From NCBI RefSeq assembly GCF_963921235.1, contig NC_086120.1:34100001-34164000 (forward strand): a stretch of DNA of 64,000 bases. Reading direction: 5' to 3'. This DNA comes from Mobula hypostoma. Its lineage: Eukaryota. Positions 51,030-63,870 of this stretch are shown here, piece by piece (position 1 is the first letter of the stretch; each line of letters begins with the position of its first letter). Under the pieces are notes generated by a model that was not told where the DNA came from, ran no database searches, and saw only the letters and a program-made list of their open reading frames with translations. The position numbers were made by a program, and so were the translations under genes.

Positions 51030-52345
51030 ATGATCTTATGGTATTACAGGAAAGATATTAGCATGAATAGAAGGTTAGCTGACTGACAGGAGGCAAAGAG
51101 GGAATTAATAGAGCCCTTTCTGGTTGACTGCCACTGACTAGTGGTGTTCCACAGGGTCGGTATTGGGACTGATACTTTTCATGTTATCAGTCAGAATGGC
51201 ATGGATGAAGGAATTGATGGCTTTGTGCCAAGTTTGCAGATGATACGAAGGTAGAGGGGCAAGTAGTGTGAGGAAGCAGGGAATCCGCAGAAGAACTTAG
51301 ACAGATTGGGAGAATGGGCAAAGAAGTGGCAAATGGAATGTTGTGTAGGGGAGTGCCTCCTCATGCACTTTAGTAGAAGAAATAAAAGGCGTAGACTATT
51401 TTCTAAATAGGGAGAAAATTTAAAAAAAGGTGTAAAAAGACTTGCCCAGGACTCCCAAAAGGTTAACTTGCAGGTCGAGTCAGTGGCAATGAAGGCAATG
51501 CAAATGTTAGCATCTATTTTGAGAGGACTAGAGTACAAGAGAGAGGATGTAATACTGAGGCTTTAAGGTATTGGTCAGACTGCACTTGGAGTATTGTGAG
51601 CAGTTTTAAGCCCCTTATCTAAGACATTATGTGTTGGCATTAAACAGGGTCCAGAGGAAATTCACAAGAATGATTTCAAGAATTAAAGGGTTAACCTTTG
51701 GGGAACATTTAATGTCTCGAACTGTACTCGCTGGAGTTTAGAAGAACGAGGAGGAAAATATTGAAAGGTCTGGATAGAGTGGATGTGGGGAGGATGTGTT
51801 CTATTGGGGGGGGGGGGAAGAAAGAGGTGGTGAACTTAGGACCAGAGGGCACAGCCTCAGACTAGAGGGATGTCCATGAGATGATGAATGATTTCTTTAG
51901 CCAGCGGGTAGTGAATCTGTGGAATTCGTTGCCACAGGTGGCTGTGGAGATCAAATAGTCAAGTATATTTAAAGCAGAGGTTGACAGGTTCTTGATTAGT
52001 CAGGGTGTCAAATGTTTTGAGGAGAAGGCAGGAGAGTGGGGTTGAGGAGGATTATAAAAGTCAGCCATGATGGAATAGCAGAGCAGACTTGATAGGCCAA
52101 ATGGCCTAATTCTGCTCCCATGTCTTATGGTTTTATAAAAGGGTGGTGCGAATGTGAAACAAGCTGCCAGCAGAATCGGTGAACGTGGGTTTCATTGCAA
52201 TATTTATGAGAAATTTGGGTAAATACATGGATGGGAGGGATATGGAGGACTAAGATTCAGGTGTGGATCAATGGGACGAGGTGGAATAACAGTTCAGCAT
52301 GGACTAGATGGGCCAAAGGGCCTGTTTCTGTACTGCAGAGCTCTG
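51030..52345 (+). mobile_element. CR1 LINE RT and 3' fragments
   Basis: VTSGVPQGS-like and KFADDT remnants; 3' UTR like 700-885. Confidence 0.85.
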
Positions 52346-53201
52346 AGTCGATGACTGTAAAAGGTGGTAGGAAATTATGTCAGTAGAAAAGGAATAACGT
52401 GGATCACAAGAGAAGCTGGTGACACTGGCCATGAGTAACTGCATCAGTGTAAAGTGACATTATGGGAAGGTGGCCCAATGAGATTTATGAGCTTACAATT
52501 CCAAGGAAAAAAAAAACCGCAGTGATTGATACTTTCCAGATTCAAAGAGCCCAGCATTGGATGGCACGAGTGAATTACTCCACATTTCAAAAGGAGGAAC
52601 TTGCAGGGTACTGTTCTCATTTTCTGAAACCACAGGGCAAAGGAGGGAAAAAATGGGAGGCATTTTCTTTGGGGGGGGGAGGGAGGACATTTCTACCCCT
52701 TGTGTTTTAGGTTAATACTAGTCTAGGTCACATTACATTAAAGAGGACTGAAGTCTTATGGAAACAAAACAGTTAGGTGTACAGATGCTCTGACACAACA
52801 GCTGTGCAAGGTGTTGGCTAAGCCCCATTTGGAGTATTACACACTGCGCTGGCTGCCAAACCATAGGATATTAAACAGGAAAGGATGCAGAAAAGTTTTG
52901 TGGACGTAACCAGAGCTGGAGGGCTCGAGTTACAAGGAGAGGCCAGACAGGCTAGGACTTTTTCCCCTTGATCACAGGAGGCTGAGGGGTGACCTTACAG
53001 GGGTTTATAAAATTGCGAGGGTAGGAGTATCCAAAACTAGAGGACGGGTCAAAAGGGCCATGAGGGGCAACCCTCCCCCCCCCACCACAGAGGGTGGGTG
53101 GGCCAGATATTGAATCAGCTGTCACAGGCAGTGGTAGATGCAAGTCCAATTTGGAAATTTCAGAGATGTTTTGATGGTAAATGGAGAGGCAAGGTTTATA
53201 T

Positions 53202-53273
53202 CAGGGCTTCCTAACCATAGGTCCCTCAGTGAATGCTAGGGGTCCATGGCCTAGAAAAGCTTGGGAGCTCCTG
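53202..53273. mobile_element. Tiny hAT-type MITE (related copy at about 53598-53672)
   Basis: CAGGG...CCTG ends; imperfect 8-bp TSD gtttatat/gttcagat. Confidence 0.55.
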
Positions 53274-56200
53274 GTTCAGATGGATATTGACCAAATACAG
53301 GCAAAAAAAAAACCCTACCTCAATTAGGCAACTTGGCTGACATGGTTAAGATAGGCTGAAGGACCCATTCTCCATGCCGTATAGCTCAAACTCCATAACT
53401 TTAACATGACACTTCTTGATAGGTGGATTTTCTAAAGGCTTATAGTCATTCCTATGATGACAACCATTATTTACAGGCTTTTCTTATTGGAAAGCATGCA
53501 AATAAACCAGGAAATCTGGTTGATCTTAATAGGATGCAGACCCTTCGGAGGAATTCATAATGAATTCTGGGCCACTGATACCAGCAGCTCTTAAATCAGG
53601 GATTCCCAGCCCCTTTATGCCATGGGCCAATATCATTAAGCAAGGGGTCCCTGGACTCCAGGTTGGGAACCCATCTTGTCATTGCTCTACCTACCCTCGT
53701 ACTAAAGGCAATCTAACAATATGAAGAGCCACGCTTACTTCACAAGGAAAATGGTAGCTTGCTAATGGCCGGTGTGTACTTTCTCCTCTCCAAAAAGGAA
53801 GGAGAACAGACTAGCAAGGCCTACAGCTTTCCCAATGCATGCCTAGCAGCCCAACCAGCTTAAGGTACAACAGAAAAATGAAGCTCCCAGTTGAAACAGC
53901 ATTGCCCTCTAAGCACCTATAAACTGACCTAATTGAAATTTGAACTCTATTGTTTAGATGGAATGTGTGGGGGATCTCAGCATTGCTGGGAGATGGACAC
54001 GCTACTCAGCCGAGTAGCAGGACCTCACCATGGCTAACAAGCAGGAGCTGAGGTGTTGACATTCAGGACTGGGCCAGCCACCTACAGATGGAAAAGGCCA
54101 ACAGCAAACGGTCACAATCAGCTGGGGTTCAGCACCTGCCTTGGGAGAGAAAACCTGAAAGCATGCTGCAAGAACTAGATGAAGTCTACACAATGGCACC
54201 AGTGAGTTCAGAAAACTTGCTTGCCTTCAGAAAATCTGTTCCATTTCTATTCAATGGTGATTTTGTTCAGAAATCAAAAGCAACTTCAAGAAAAAAAGGA
54301 AAAAAAGGCAGAAGCATATGGAGCTAAACATATGGAACTGCTTTAGGAGTGAATTCTTGAAGGTAGGGCTGAAGCCTATCATAGCGAGAAAATTAGAAAT
54401 TATCATTGTGGAAGAGGCCGAGTTAAATACATGTAAATATCCTGCTGAGCAGGGCGGGAGGTTGAGGGACAGCAAGGCTAAAGCACGAGGAATGCATACA
54501 CGATAAATTCAAAGGCAATGACAAACCCTGAACTAAGTCATCCGCAGAAACATCCTGTTAAACACAGCAATACAATTCCACTTCATAGACATGCACACCA
54601 CAAGTAGTGTGTAAATATCTACAAAATAACTTAACAGTAATAAGAAACTCACAAAAAGTCTAAAATTAGAGTCCTCTGAACAGCTCGGAGAATAAATTTC
54701 TTTCTCCATATGTTTAAATAATTGATAAAGATGTGCATCAGGCTGTACATCCCCCATCTTAGAATGGGAACGTTTGCTTGCAGTAACTGAAGATTATGCT
54801 ATCAACAGTAAAAACAGGATTTATAACTCATTATTAGACCAAAGAGTTAGGTTTCATAAACTTCTGGGGTATTTACTTTAAAAGAGAAACGTCAATAATT
54901 GGCAGTAGTTAGGAATTACGTCATTGTGTCTGAACTATTCTGTAAAGTCCTCATCTTTCTGTCAGCTTGTCTACTCCAACAGAAGACTTTGTAAGCTCGT
55001 TCTATTTGCCCATTTTTGACCCATATCCTTCCAAACTTTCCTTATCAATGAACAGGTCCAAGTATTTCTTAAATATAATTGTACCCACCTCTACCAATTT
55101 CTTTGGCAGCTTGTTCCATATATCCAACTATCCACTGTGAAAAGCTTTCCTCTCAGATTCCCTGTAAATCTTTTACCTCTCACCTTAAAATGTCATTAAA
55201 CCATGCTAGTCATTAGTTTAAATCCATACAAGGCAAAGTAGGAATATAATGCCATTAAATACAGAGATGTAGGACAAGTCAAGCTTCAAGTTAACATGCT
55301 TAAAACAATTACCTTCAGGAGCTCTGGATTTAACAGTCCTTTGCTTTCCATTAAAAAAAATTGACAAGTTGAAATCTGTTCCCATATTTCTTTAAAAAGC
55401 TAAAACCCCACAAATTTGGAATTCCTACACAGGTATTATCCTGAATTCCTAAACACAGAATATTGTAGGCATATGACTGACAATACAGTATTAACAACAC
55501 CCTACAATAATTATTTTAGCATGAATGCTGAATGTATTCAGTTGTGTTAGAGATCTTTTGCCCCAGCAAACACAGTTTAAAATGCAAACAATATACATGT
55601 CATTTTTAAGCATTGTGTGAAGTTGTATGGCTGAAACAGCAAACAGGTGCTGTAGAGTTATAGTTGATAGCAAAGCAAATACTACAGGTCACAGGATCAT
55701 CCTTGACTCAATTCATTTTTTTTTAAAAAAAGAATGCAACCAAGTGAAATAAGGTTCTTTAACCTCAAACACTTCCTTAATTCTGGTTGCAGAGGCCATT
55801 TGTTGAAGATAGAAGTTGCAAATTGTATCAATTACTTCCATGATCCCAAATGAAAATAAAACTTTTACAGCTTAATTGGATCAGCTTTGAGGCAGTTGGG
55901 CCAAAGTGCATGTAGTGATCCAACTACGTTCATTGTGGTTATCAAGTGAACAATTCAGTCAAAGAAAAGAGCAACCGCTTTTGCAAAATACCAACTTTTC
56001 CATATTTGTGTTTCAAGTTCAATGTGATATTATCTGGGAACACTGTGCTCAAGACCTTGAACGGAGATATTCCCTAGTAACATGCAAATGTTGCAAAACA
56101 CTAAAAGTACAAATTTGAACATATTTACATATTCTACTTATGGGATTGCAGTTCATGTCATTACTTGATCATGCACAGAGAGAACACGCAGATAAACGAG

Positions 56201-57039
56201 ACCTGACTCCTGAATCCAAATCAGGTTTAATATCACTGACACATGTTGTGGAATTTGTTGCTTTGTGGCAGCTGTACACAAAAAAACTAAATTACAAAAA
56301 TAGAGCAAAAATTCTGAGGCAGTGTTCATAGGTTGGTTCAGTGCCTGTTCAGGAAAATGATGAGGGAAGAAGTTATTCCCAAACATTGAGTGTATGCCCT
56401 CAGTATCCTGTACCTCCTCTGAAGGAAATGAGAAGGGACCATGTCCTGGGTGACGGGGCTCTTGGCAGTTTCTGCATGGGGCCTTCACATTTTATATCAT
56501 TAGCAAAATTCACTTGAGCATATTCATTTTTGGGATTGAAGATACTCTGGGATGTTTTGAACACATCCATTCCTCTGTGTGCATGTGTGGCAGAACTATG
56601 AACAATCGTACATTTACAAAATAAGGGGCTGGCTACCTTGCACTGAGATGCATAGAGATGTCTCAGATGTTTCTGCCTCAGAGGGTGGCAGAGACCAGCA
56701 ATCAGATGCATTTAAGGTGGGGATAGATTATTGCTTGTAACATTGAGGAAATGAGGGTTTTTTGGGGATCTGGCACAGAGGAGGAGTTAAGATCAGGAAA
56801 GTTCAGCCAGAATCATACTGGATGATAGGCAGATTTGAAAGGTATAGTGGCCTGATTCAGTTTTCATCTTTTCCTCCTCTGAAGAGCCTAGTGCTGGTCA
56901 TATAGGCGGATTGGCCTGTCCAACACACGAGAGCTAGTGTAAAAAGGGCCTTTTTTGCTGAGACACTAATAGCAGGTAGCTCTTCCTTTGAGTGAATTGG
57001 GGATTTTGCAGTCCCTTGTTATGCTGTATTGGCTGTAAA

Positions 57040-57320
57040 ATACAGTGGTGTAGTGGTTAGCACAACTCTTTACAGCACCGGTAGCCCAAGTTCAATTCCC
57101 ACCAGTATCTACAAGGAGATTGTATGTTCTCCTCATGACCACGTGGGTTTCCTCCAGGTTCTCCGGTTTCCTCCCACAGTCCAAAGACACACTGGTTGGT
57201 AGGTTAACTGGTTACTGTAAATTGTCTTGCAATTAGGTTAGGGTTAAATCAGGGTTGCTGGGTGTCACAGCTCGAAGGGACACAAGGGCCTAATCTGTGC
57301 TGTATCTCAAGAAATAAAAA
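57040..57320 (+). mobile_element. V-SINE (tRNA-derived); related copies at about 9700-9960 (+), 38945-39212 (-) and 6395-6515 (-)
   Basis: tggtgtagtggttagc...gttcaattccc head and the V-domain gtgggtttcctcc..ctccggtttcctcccaca.tccaaagac. Confidence 0.82.
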
Positions 57321-57831
57321 AACAACTGCCCCAGTCACTGTTGAATATATTAGAGATATACAGCTTGGCAAAAGGTCCTTCCAATCCCCCCATTAACACT
57401 AGTGCCATTTTTGCTCTCACCATATTCCGATCAACCATGTACCCCCCTCCCCCAACCACTACCCATTCAATCACATACTTGGGGTAACTTACAGTAGTTA
57501 ATCTTCCAACCTGCATATTTCTGGAGGATGAGAAGAAACTAATGATCACAGAGAGGTCAGGATTGAACCCAGATTGCTGGAACTGAGGTAGTATTCAGTA
57601 TCTAGAGTATCTAGCTGTGTTACTATTGTTACTAATAAAATAGTCATTGTGAAATAAAAAGATAAGCAGACTACCAATCTGAGAGCAGTTCACTATCATT
57701 ATCAGAACACAATGCTCCTAGTGTTTTGCAATATTCCAAACGGTCCATTGCTACCAGAAGTGAAACTTCTATTTGAACTTAGCACAAATCATTTAGTTCT
57801 AGAAGGCTAACTAGAAACAGCAAATGTTATT

Positions 57832-58018
57832 AAACACAGGTTGAGCAGATGATGGAAATCTAGAGTAACACATAAAATGCTGGAGGAACTCAGCAGATCA
57901 TGCAGCATCTCTAGAGGGTAATGAGCCTTAATGAACTGCCTCGGCCCGAAATGTCGACTGTTTATCCCTCCCCATTGATGTTGCTTGACCTGCTGAGTTA
58001 TTCCAGCATTGTGTGTTT
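57832..58018. mobile_element. Inverted pair of Penelope pLTR fragments
   Basis: Two opposite-orientation copies with a degenerate hammerhead at about 57925-57960. Confidence 0.72.
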
Positions 58019-60762
58019 TATAACAATAGTACAATTTATTATTTATGACTATTTTGCTTATTTTTGCAAACGCATCAGTTGCCAAGAACTTGTTTCACTT
58101 TTAGCAACTTAAAGTTCAGAGATAGGCAAAACAACCAATAAATCAATTAAGTTCCAGCTTTGAAGTTGATCTCTGGGTGTGAAAAGAAAGTTCCAATCTA
58201 CAATTTACATTAAAACAGGAAAAGAGTTGTTAAATAAATCTCAATGGTTGAAACACCATCAAAATAAAGATTGGGTGTTTTTCATGTGGTAGATCGTCAA
58301 TTTATTAATTGATCTCATTAAAATACAAACCTCTTCATTGATGCAAAATAGCTAACACATCACAGATGGTTCTTACAAATTAAGGCAAGATTTTTCTTCA
58401 CAGAATTACAAAAGTGTTACCCATTTTCCAATTCAGCTGGTTACATCTCCAAATTTAAGTATGGAGCACACAGAAAATAAACAATTGTTCTACCACCTTC
58501 AAATCAACATAAAATAACAAGCCTAACCTGGAATTGCACATGGAAGCAACATCAGAAGATCTGCAAACTTCTGAGAGCAGAATTGCTGCACTTGTTAAAG
58601 ACTAAAAATATGCAAATACTTGCACTGCACCAAATGAAAATTCATGGACTAAAGCATCAGCCTGAGTTACAAGGATGATTACTCTGGATTTGAGAGAGTT
58701 TTTAAAAAGTTTGGCATAACAGAGCACTTCTAGTCAAGGTGTCAGAAATTGGTGGATTTATGGTGTAGTTAGATTGAGAAAGCTAGTGAAAAATAGACAA
58801 GGATTTTGAACATTGTTGAAGTGAAGACTTTTATAACAGCACTGTAACAATCTTATTTTTAAAATCCCACTGAGTTTCTAGAAAGGGTACAATCAAATGT
58901 GATAATAGACTCAAAGAAACAAATGTACAAAATAGTTTCACTGGCCTAAATGACCCATGTCAGTTTTCATACTCTGTTGTAACTAATTGGGGTGTAAAAT
59001 TAACATTGTGAATTTTCCAGTAATTATGGCACAATTGTCCCTGCATTTTTTCCTCCTAGCTTTCAGTAGCAGGTGTCATGCTACGTGAATCTGGCTACTT
59101 CATAGGATAAATTATTACCACGAGTTTTTATCATCTCCAGTCTGAGTATGAAACCACCTCAGTTGCTCTCTCCTTTGTCTTTTCTTCATTTTGCAAACTC
59201 CTCTTTCTTTGTTCACTGTTCGCTCTTGTAACACTTAATAAAATCGCTCAGCAACAAGTTTTATGCCTCTTTCTTGACTTCCAAAGGACATTTGGACCTC
59301 AAACGCATCAGGATGCAAAACAGAACCTTCTCCATTTTCACTTATCAATAGGTATTAATAAATTTTGCTGTTCTACTTCTAGCTTTCTCTCAAACAAATC
59401 CGCACATTTCTCTTCTTCAGCATACACGTTGGCAAATTAGGCAGTCTAATTTCTCTTTGGTAGTTTTTGCCTCAATTCCTAAATGGATTTTGTAACTTCC
59501 ATTATACCTCTCAGTTTTGGTTTGCACCAAGGGAAACATTTCCTGTATCCACTTTAAAGACCCTACCTCAACTATCAAGTCACTCTAAAGATTCTTATGG
59601 GTGGGCGGGGTAGAGATAAGTCTCTACTAAGGGAGGGGTAAGACGCTCCTTCCATCCGCTAGCCTACAGGTCACACTTGGACAAGGTAAGCATCTGCTTA
59701 GCACCCTCCCCCCACACCAGTCAGGGTCACGTGAAGTCATTGGAGCAGATGGTCATATGAACAGCTGGTGCATATCACAAGTCTTGGTTATGTGACCACT
59801 GATCAGGCCATTTCTGAAAAGTATTGATTACGGCCAGGGTTACCAGTCTTGTAAAGACACTGCCCAGGAGGAGGCAATGGTGAACCATTTCTGTAGAAAA
59901 ACTTGCCAAGTATAATCATGGTCATAAGACTATGACCATCAATGTCATACTACACAACACATAATGATTATGAAAGATTCTTACTTATTGAACCTTTGCA
60001 ATATTTCCACTATACTTTTTCACTCCCCCTCCCCATATACCTCCTAATAACCATCATTCACATCAAGGTACTCCATACAGAGCTCCACGCCAGAATAATG
60101 AATTTTTGCAGTCTTTTGCCTGTTTTAACATAGCAGAACCCCTTTCAAATAGCAACCTAATCGGTCAGTTTTCAAGTTTCATCCTGAACAATTTGAGTCA
60201 ACTTGTTCTTTCCCTAAATTAATAACATTTGGAAACTACTTATTAAACAGTTATTGTTACAAACTAGTTAACAACCTTAGAAGAGGGACAATTCTTTCAC
60301 TATTGGTCGTTTTTTTTACTCTTATTAAAAAGTACTCGCGCACCTTATACCGATTTAAATTATTAGGTGACGATGTTTTGTAATTGAGATTGAAACCACT
60401 AACACTACAGTATTCAATCTAGTTTGAAACTGCATTTGAAACCACAAGACCAGGTGATTGGAATGGAAATTATAAAATACTTTATCAGTAGGCGAATCAA
60501 ATTATCTTGTTTATGGTCTCCACGCAAAGTACTCAAACTCAACTACCACTCTCGTGTGGACCCAACACACAAATTGTTTGAAAGGAACCGAGCTGAATCA
60601 ATTCTTATAACACCGTCACGTCTCCCACTGAGTCTACAAAATTGTTTATAACATTGTAACAGTAGATAACTTTGTACAAAATATTTTTTCTCAAGTCGCA
60701 TAATTATAAACACTCTTGCATCGAAGTGAAACAAAGGCTATTAGCCAGCATCTGTTACCCAC

Positions 60763-60877
60763 CTGTGGCCAGATGGTATTTGCGCAAACCCGTCTTCTTC
60801 TCAATTTTCTCTAGAATGTTTGTGAAGAAGTTCTTCTCGTCCAGAAATTTTTCCAAACGCTCACGTAAGGATGGCAT
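60763..60877 (-). CDS. reep6: REEP6 coding exon 1 (MPSLRERLEKFLDEKNFFTNILEKIEKKTGLRKYHLAT-G)
   Basis: Hand translation matches the REEP5/6 (DP1/Yop1) N-terminus. 115 nt, phase-1 donor G|GTGGGT, compatible with exon 2. Head-to-head with a PCSK4-like gene, as for human REEP6. Confidence 0.93.
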
Positions 60878-60879
60878 TT

Positions 60880-61290
60880 TTAAAAAAAAATTAGTTTGGT
60901 TTATTTTCAGCACACCCTATGCTCTAAGCAGAAATCAACTCCGTACAAAATTCCAGCCCGCCCTGCTGTTGGGAAAACTCGTAATCCTACAGTTGCTGAC
61001 TCTAGTTTTATTTCCAATCCGTTTAACTATTGTTCAATCCGCTTCCGCCCCTATCCTCTGATTGACGTTGTAAATACCCAATTGGAGCAACTATTCGTAC
61101 CTCATCCCCTGTTTGTGTGCAAATTTATCCCCATCGCGACCGAGAAATCGAGACAGACTGCTCCCTCGATGGGAAGTACATTTCCTATTTTTATTTACCC
61201 CCATGTGTGCTACCGTGAGCGGTCTGATATCCGGTTTATTAAAATGGATGTAGTGTTGCTGCCGCGGGGGAGGGGGGAATGAAACACTTG
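60880..61290 (-). promoter_or_regulatory. REEP6 5'UTR and proximal promoter
   Basis: Locally CpG-enriched; clustered CTTCCG (ETS-like), CCGCCCC (GC box), TGACG and CCAAT at about 61035-61085, upstream of the ATG. Confidence 0.6.
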
Positions 61291-61561
61291 GACAGGTCGG
61301 AACGTCTTTGTCTAGTGAGATGACCTTACAGAGGCCCTGGAAAATTATGACAGCACTTGATTGGTAGGTAGGTTAATTTATAGTGCCCCTCCGCGTCCCC
61401 AGAAATTCAATTTAACCAGAATAGAAAATAGCGAGAGAACAGGGAGTTTATGTAAAATTGTGAGAGGTATGAATAGAGCAGATAGCCGGTACATTTATGC
61501 CTAGGGTCAAAAAGTTTAACCAGCATGTTAAAAACGTTTGACACGTATTTAAATGAGAGGG

Positions 61562-62185
61562 GGAAATAGCTTCGCCAAGCACCACCTGCCTACGGCCGGC
61601 TGAAAAAGCGACATCTCTCAGTGGCCACCACCCATTTTAGTTCCACTTCTCGTTCCCATTCTGACATGTCAGCCCATGGCCTCCTCTACTGCCGCGATGA
61701 GGCCACACTCAGGTTGGAAGAGCAACACCTTGCATTCCGTCTGGGTAGCCCCCAACCTGAATGGCATGAACATCGAGTTCTCGAACTTTCGATAATGCCC
61801 CCCCTACCTTGACCATCCCCCCATTCCCATTTCCTTCCCTTAGTTTATCACCTTACCGGCCCATCACCTCCCTCTGGTGTTACCCCCCTTCCCTTCCCTT
61901 TCTTTCAAGGCCTTCTGTCCTCCTATCAGATTCCCCCTTCTCCAGCCCTTTATCTCTTTCACCATTTGACCTCCAAGCACTTTACTTCACCCCTTTCCCT
62001 CTCCTGGTTTCAGCTATCACCTACCACCTTGTAGTTCTTCCTGCCCTCCCCCGCCTTCTTACTCTGACTTCTCATGTTTTTCTTTCTCAAGTCCTGATGG
62101 AGGGTCTCGGCCCGAAACGTCGACTGTTTACTCTTTTCCATAGATGCTGTCGGGTCTGCTGAGCTCCTCCAGCATTTTATGTGTG
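61562..62185 (+). mobile_element. Penelope-like element 3' fragment (endonuclease C-terminus, pyrimidine-rich UTR, hammerhead-bearing pLTR)
   Basis: VATHFSSTSRSHSDMSAHGLLYCRDEATLRLEEQHLAFRLGSPQP matches the PLE endonuclease C-terminus; followed by the recurrent pLTR sequence. Confidence 0.85.
62090..62125 (+). ncRNA. Minimal type I hammerhead ribozyme motif (best-preserved copy; A9 reads G)
   Basis: AGTC-CTGATGG-A-GGGT(CTCG)GCCC-GAAA-CG-TC/GACT: stem I AGTC/GACT, stem II, palindromic ACGT stem III, GUC site ending at 62121. Confidence 0.75.
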
Positions 62186-62989
62186 AAACTTGTTTTCACA
62201 CATAGTGGTTGTTGCCAGGGGTGGTGGTGGAGGCAGGTACGATGTTTAAGGGGCCTTGGATCGATATGCAGAGAATGGAAGAAAATGAACAACAATTTTG
62301 ACAGATGAAAGTAGAGTAGATAGAGTTAGAAGTAGAACATACCCACGACATGTCCTCTTCTCATTGTTACCATCAGGTAGGAGGTACAGAAGCCCGAAGG
62401 CACACACTCAGTGATTCAGGAACTGCTTCTTTCCGTCTGTCATCCGACTCCTAAATGGGCATTGAACCCATGAACACTACCTCACTTTTTAAATTATTTC
62501 AGTTTTTGCACCATTTTCACTGTAACTATTTAACATACACATATAAACTTTAATCGTTTTACTTATTTTTTCCCAAAATGATCACGTGTTGCATTGTACT
62601 GCTGCCGCTGTTAACAAATTTCACGACGTTATTAAACCAGATTCTGACTCTGAAACCGCCTTCCTCTCACCCACAAATATCAGAAAATGTTGGAAGTCTG
62701 GGGGGGGGGGGGAAGCTACAAAGGATGCTATGTACACTGACCAGCTGTAGAAAGAGTGTTAACGTTTCAGGTGTAGGCTCTTTGTCAGAACCAGGGCAAT
62801 TGTAAAATTATTAGATTTCTTGTGTTAAAGATGTTAGACCAAAGTTATTGAAGTGCTGTGGCGCTGTTGCCGCACCTCTGACAGCCCCGTATCAGATATT
62901 TAAATGTAGAAGGCGAGGGACCAATTGATAGTAAACGGAAATAGTATGGAGCCCTTGGCATGGGTCTGCAACTCCCTAACTCAATGTCA

Positions 62990-63660
62990 ACTCTCGCTCC
63001 AGTGTACCTGGCCGTGACGTCACTGACTGTCAACTGCCTTCCTGAAATTCACCTGGCTGTGACGTTGCCTGGAAGACGTCACCATCGCCGACCGTGGCTG
63101 GTGAGGTCACCGGCCGTCAACCGCCCAGCTGGCCCTCGCTCGGTGACCGTTGCAGCCGGCCCGGGTGGGGTCGGGCTGAAGGGCAGGTGAACCATCGGCT
63201 CTTCCCGAAGAGAAACCGCAGGGCGCGCAGCCCCCCCCACCCTCACCCCCCGGGGGCGGAGTTGCTCCTGAAACTTTATCGCGCCGCCTCCTCGCCCTGG
63301 AGCGGGAGAGCATGTCCCAGAGTATTTAATGAGTGGCGGGCGGTTAGTGTCCCTCCACCCCTCCCTCCCTTGTGCCGGACATGGCAGAAGATAAAGTGAC
63401 GTAGTTCGCAGTAGTGGTCACAGCGGGCGGGGAATTCGCAGCCTCGTCCCCCCCTCAACCCCTTCCCCACCGGTATGACCCGAGTCGGCCGCCTGTTGCT
63501 GCTCGCCTTCCTCAGCCACTTCCTCGGCGGCGCCGGCGGCCGGGAGCTCTACACCAACACCTGGGCGGTGCGCATCTCCGGTGGAGCGGAGCACGCCCAG
63601 AACATTGCCTCTAGGCACGGCTTCATTAACCTGGGACGGGTAAATGGCTCTCTAAACCGA
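62990..63660 (+). promoter_or_regulatory. CpG-island promoter of PCSK4-like gene with perfect CRE (TGACGTCA 63015-63022), CRE-like sites and GC boxes
   Basis: High CpG density; TGACGTCA, TGACGTTG, AGACGTCA, TGAGGTCA and TGACGTAG motifs; GGGGCGG boxes. Confidence 0.75.
63475..63639 (+). CDS. pcsk4: Proprotein convertase first coding exon (signal peptide and start of S8 prodomain); PCSK4 by synteny, furin-like in sequence; gene continues beyond the window
   Basis: MTRVGRLLLLAFLSHFLGG...YTNTWAVRISGG...ASRHGFINLGR with phase-0 donor CGG|gtaaat at the conserved intron position; divergent from REEP6. Confidence 0.82.
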
Positions 63661-63774
63661 ATAGTCAGTGTACCGGTGGTGGAGTGGCTCATCCTGCGCT
63701 TCCACCAACCCAGCAACTGTATCCTTTTATTTTGACGCCTTGCGTTTGGGTTCGCCTCTTTGCAGCAGAGCCAG

Positions 63775-63870
63775 GTTTCCAAGATGAAGGGTCTCGACCC
63801 GGAATGGTGACTGTCCATTTCCCTCTACAGATTGCTGCCCGAATCGCTGAGTTCCTCTAGCAACGTGTTT
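63775..63870 (+). mobile_element. Degenerate Penelope pLTR in PCSK4 intron
   Basis: gatgaagggtctcgacccggaatggtgactg...gctgagttcctctagca. Confidence 0.68.

Noticed and set aside
60763-60877. Calling the main gene REEP5
   Set aside because: PCSK4-like neighbour, 115-nt first coding exon, WNG motif and VLQ-type exon 5 all favour REEP6.
60672-61282. Plus-strand 129-aa and 128-aa ORFs
   Set aside because: Antisense to REEP6 exon 1 and its promoter; no family similarity.
63094-63818. Other ORFs in the right CpG island and the tail of ORF 63475..63735
   Set aside because: GC-rich artefacts; convertase similarity stops at the 63639 donor.
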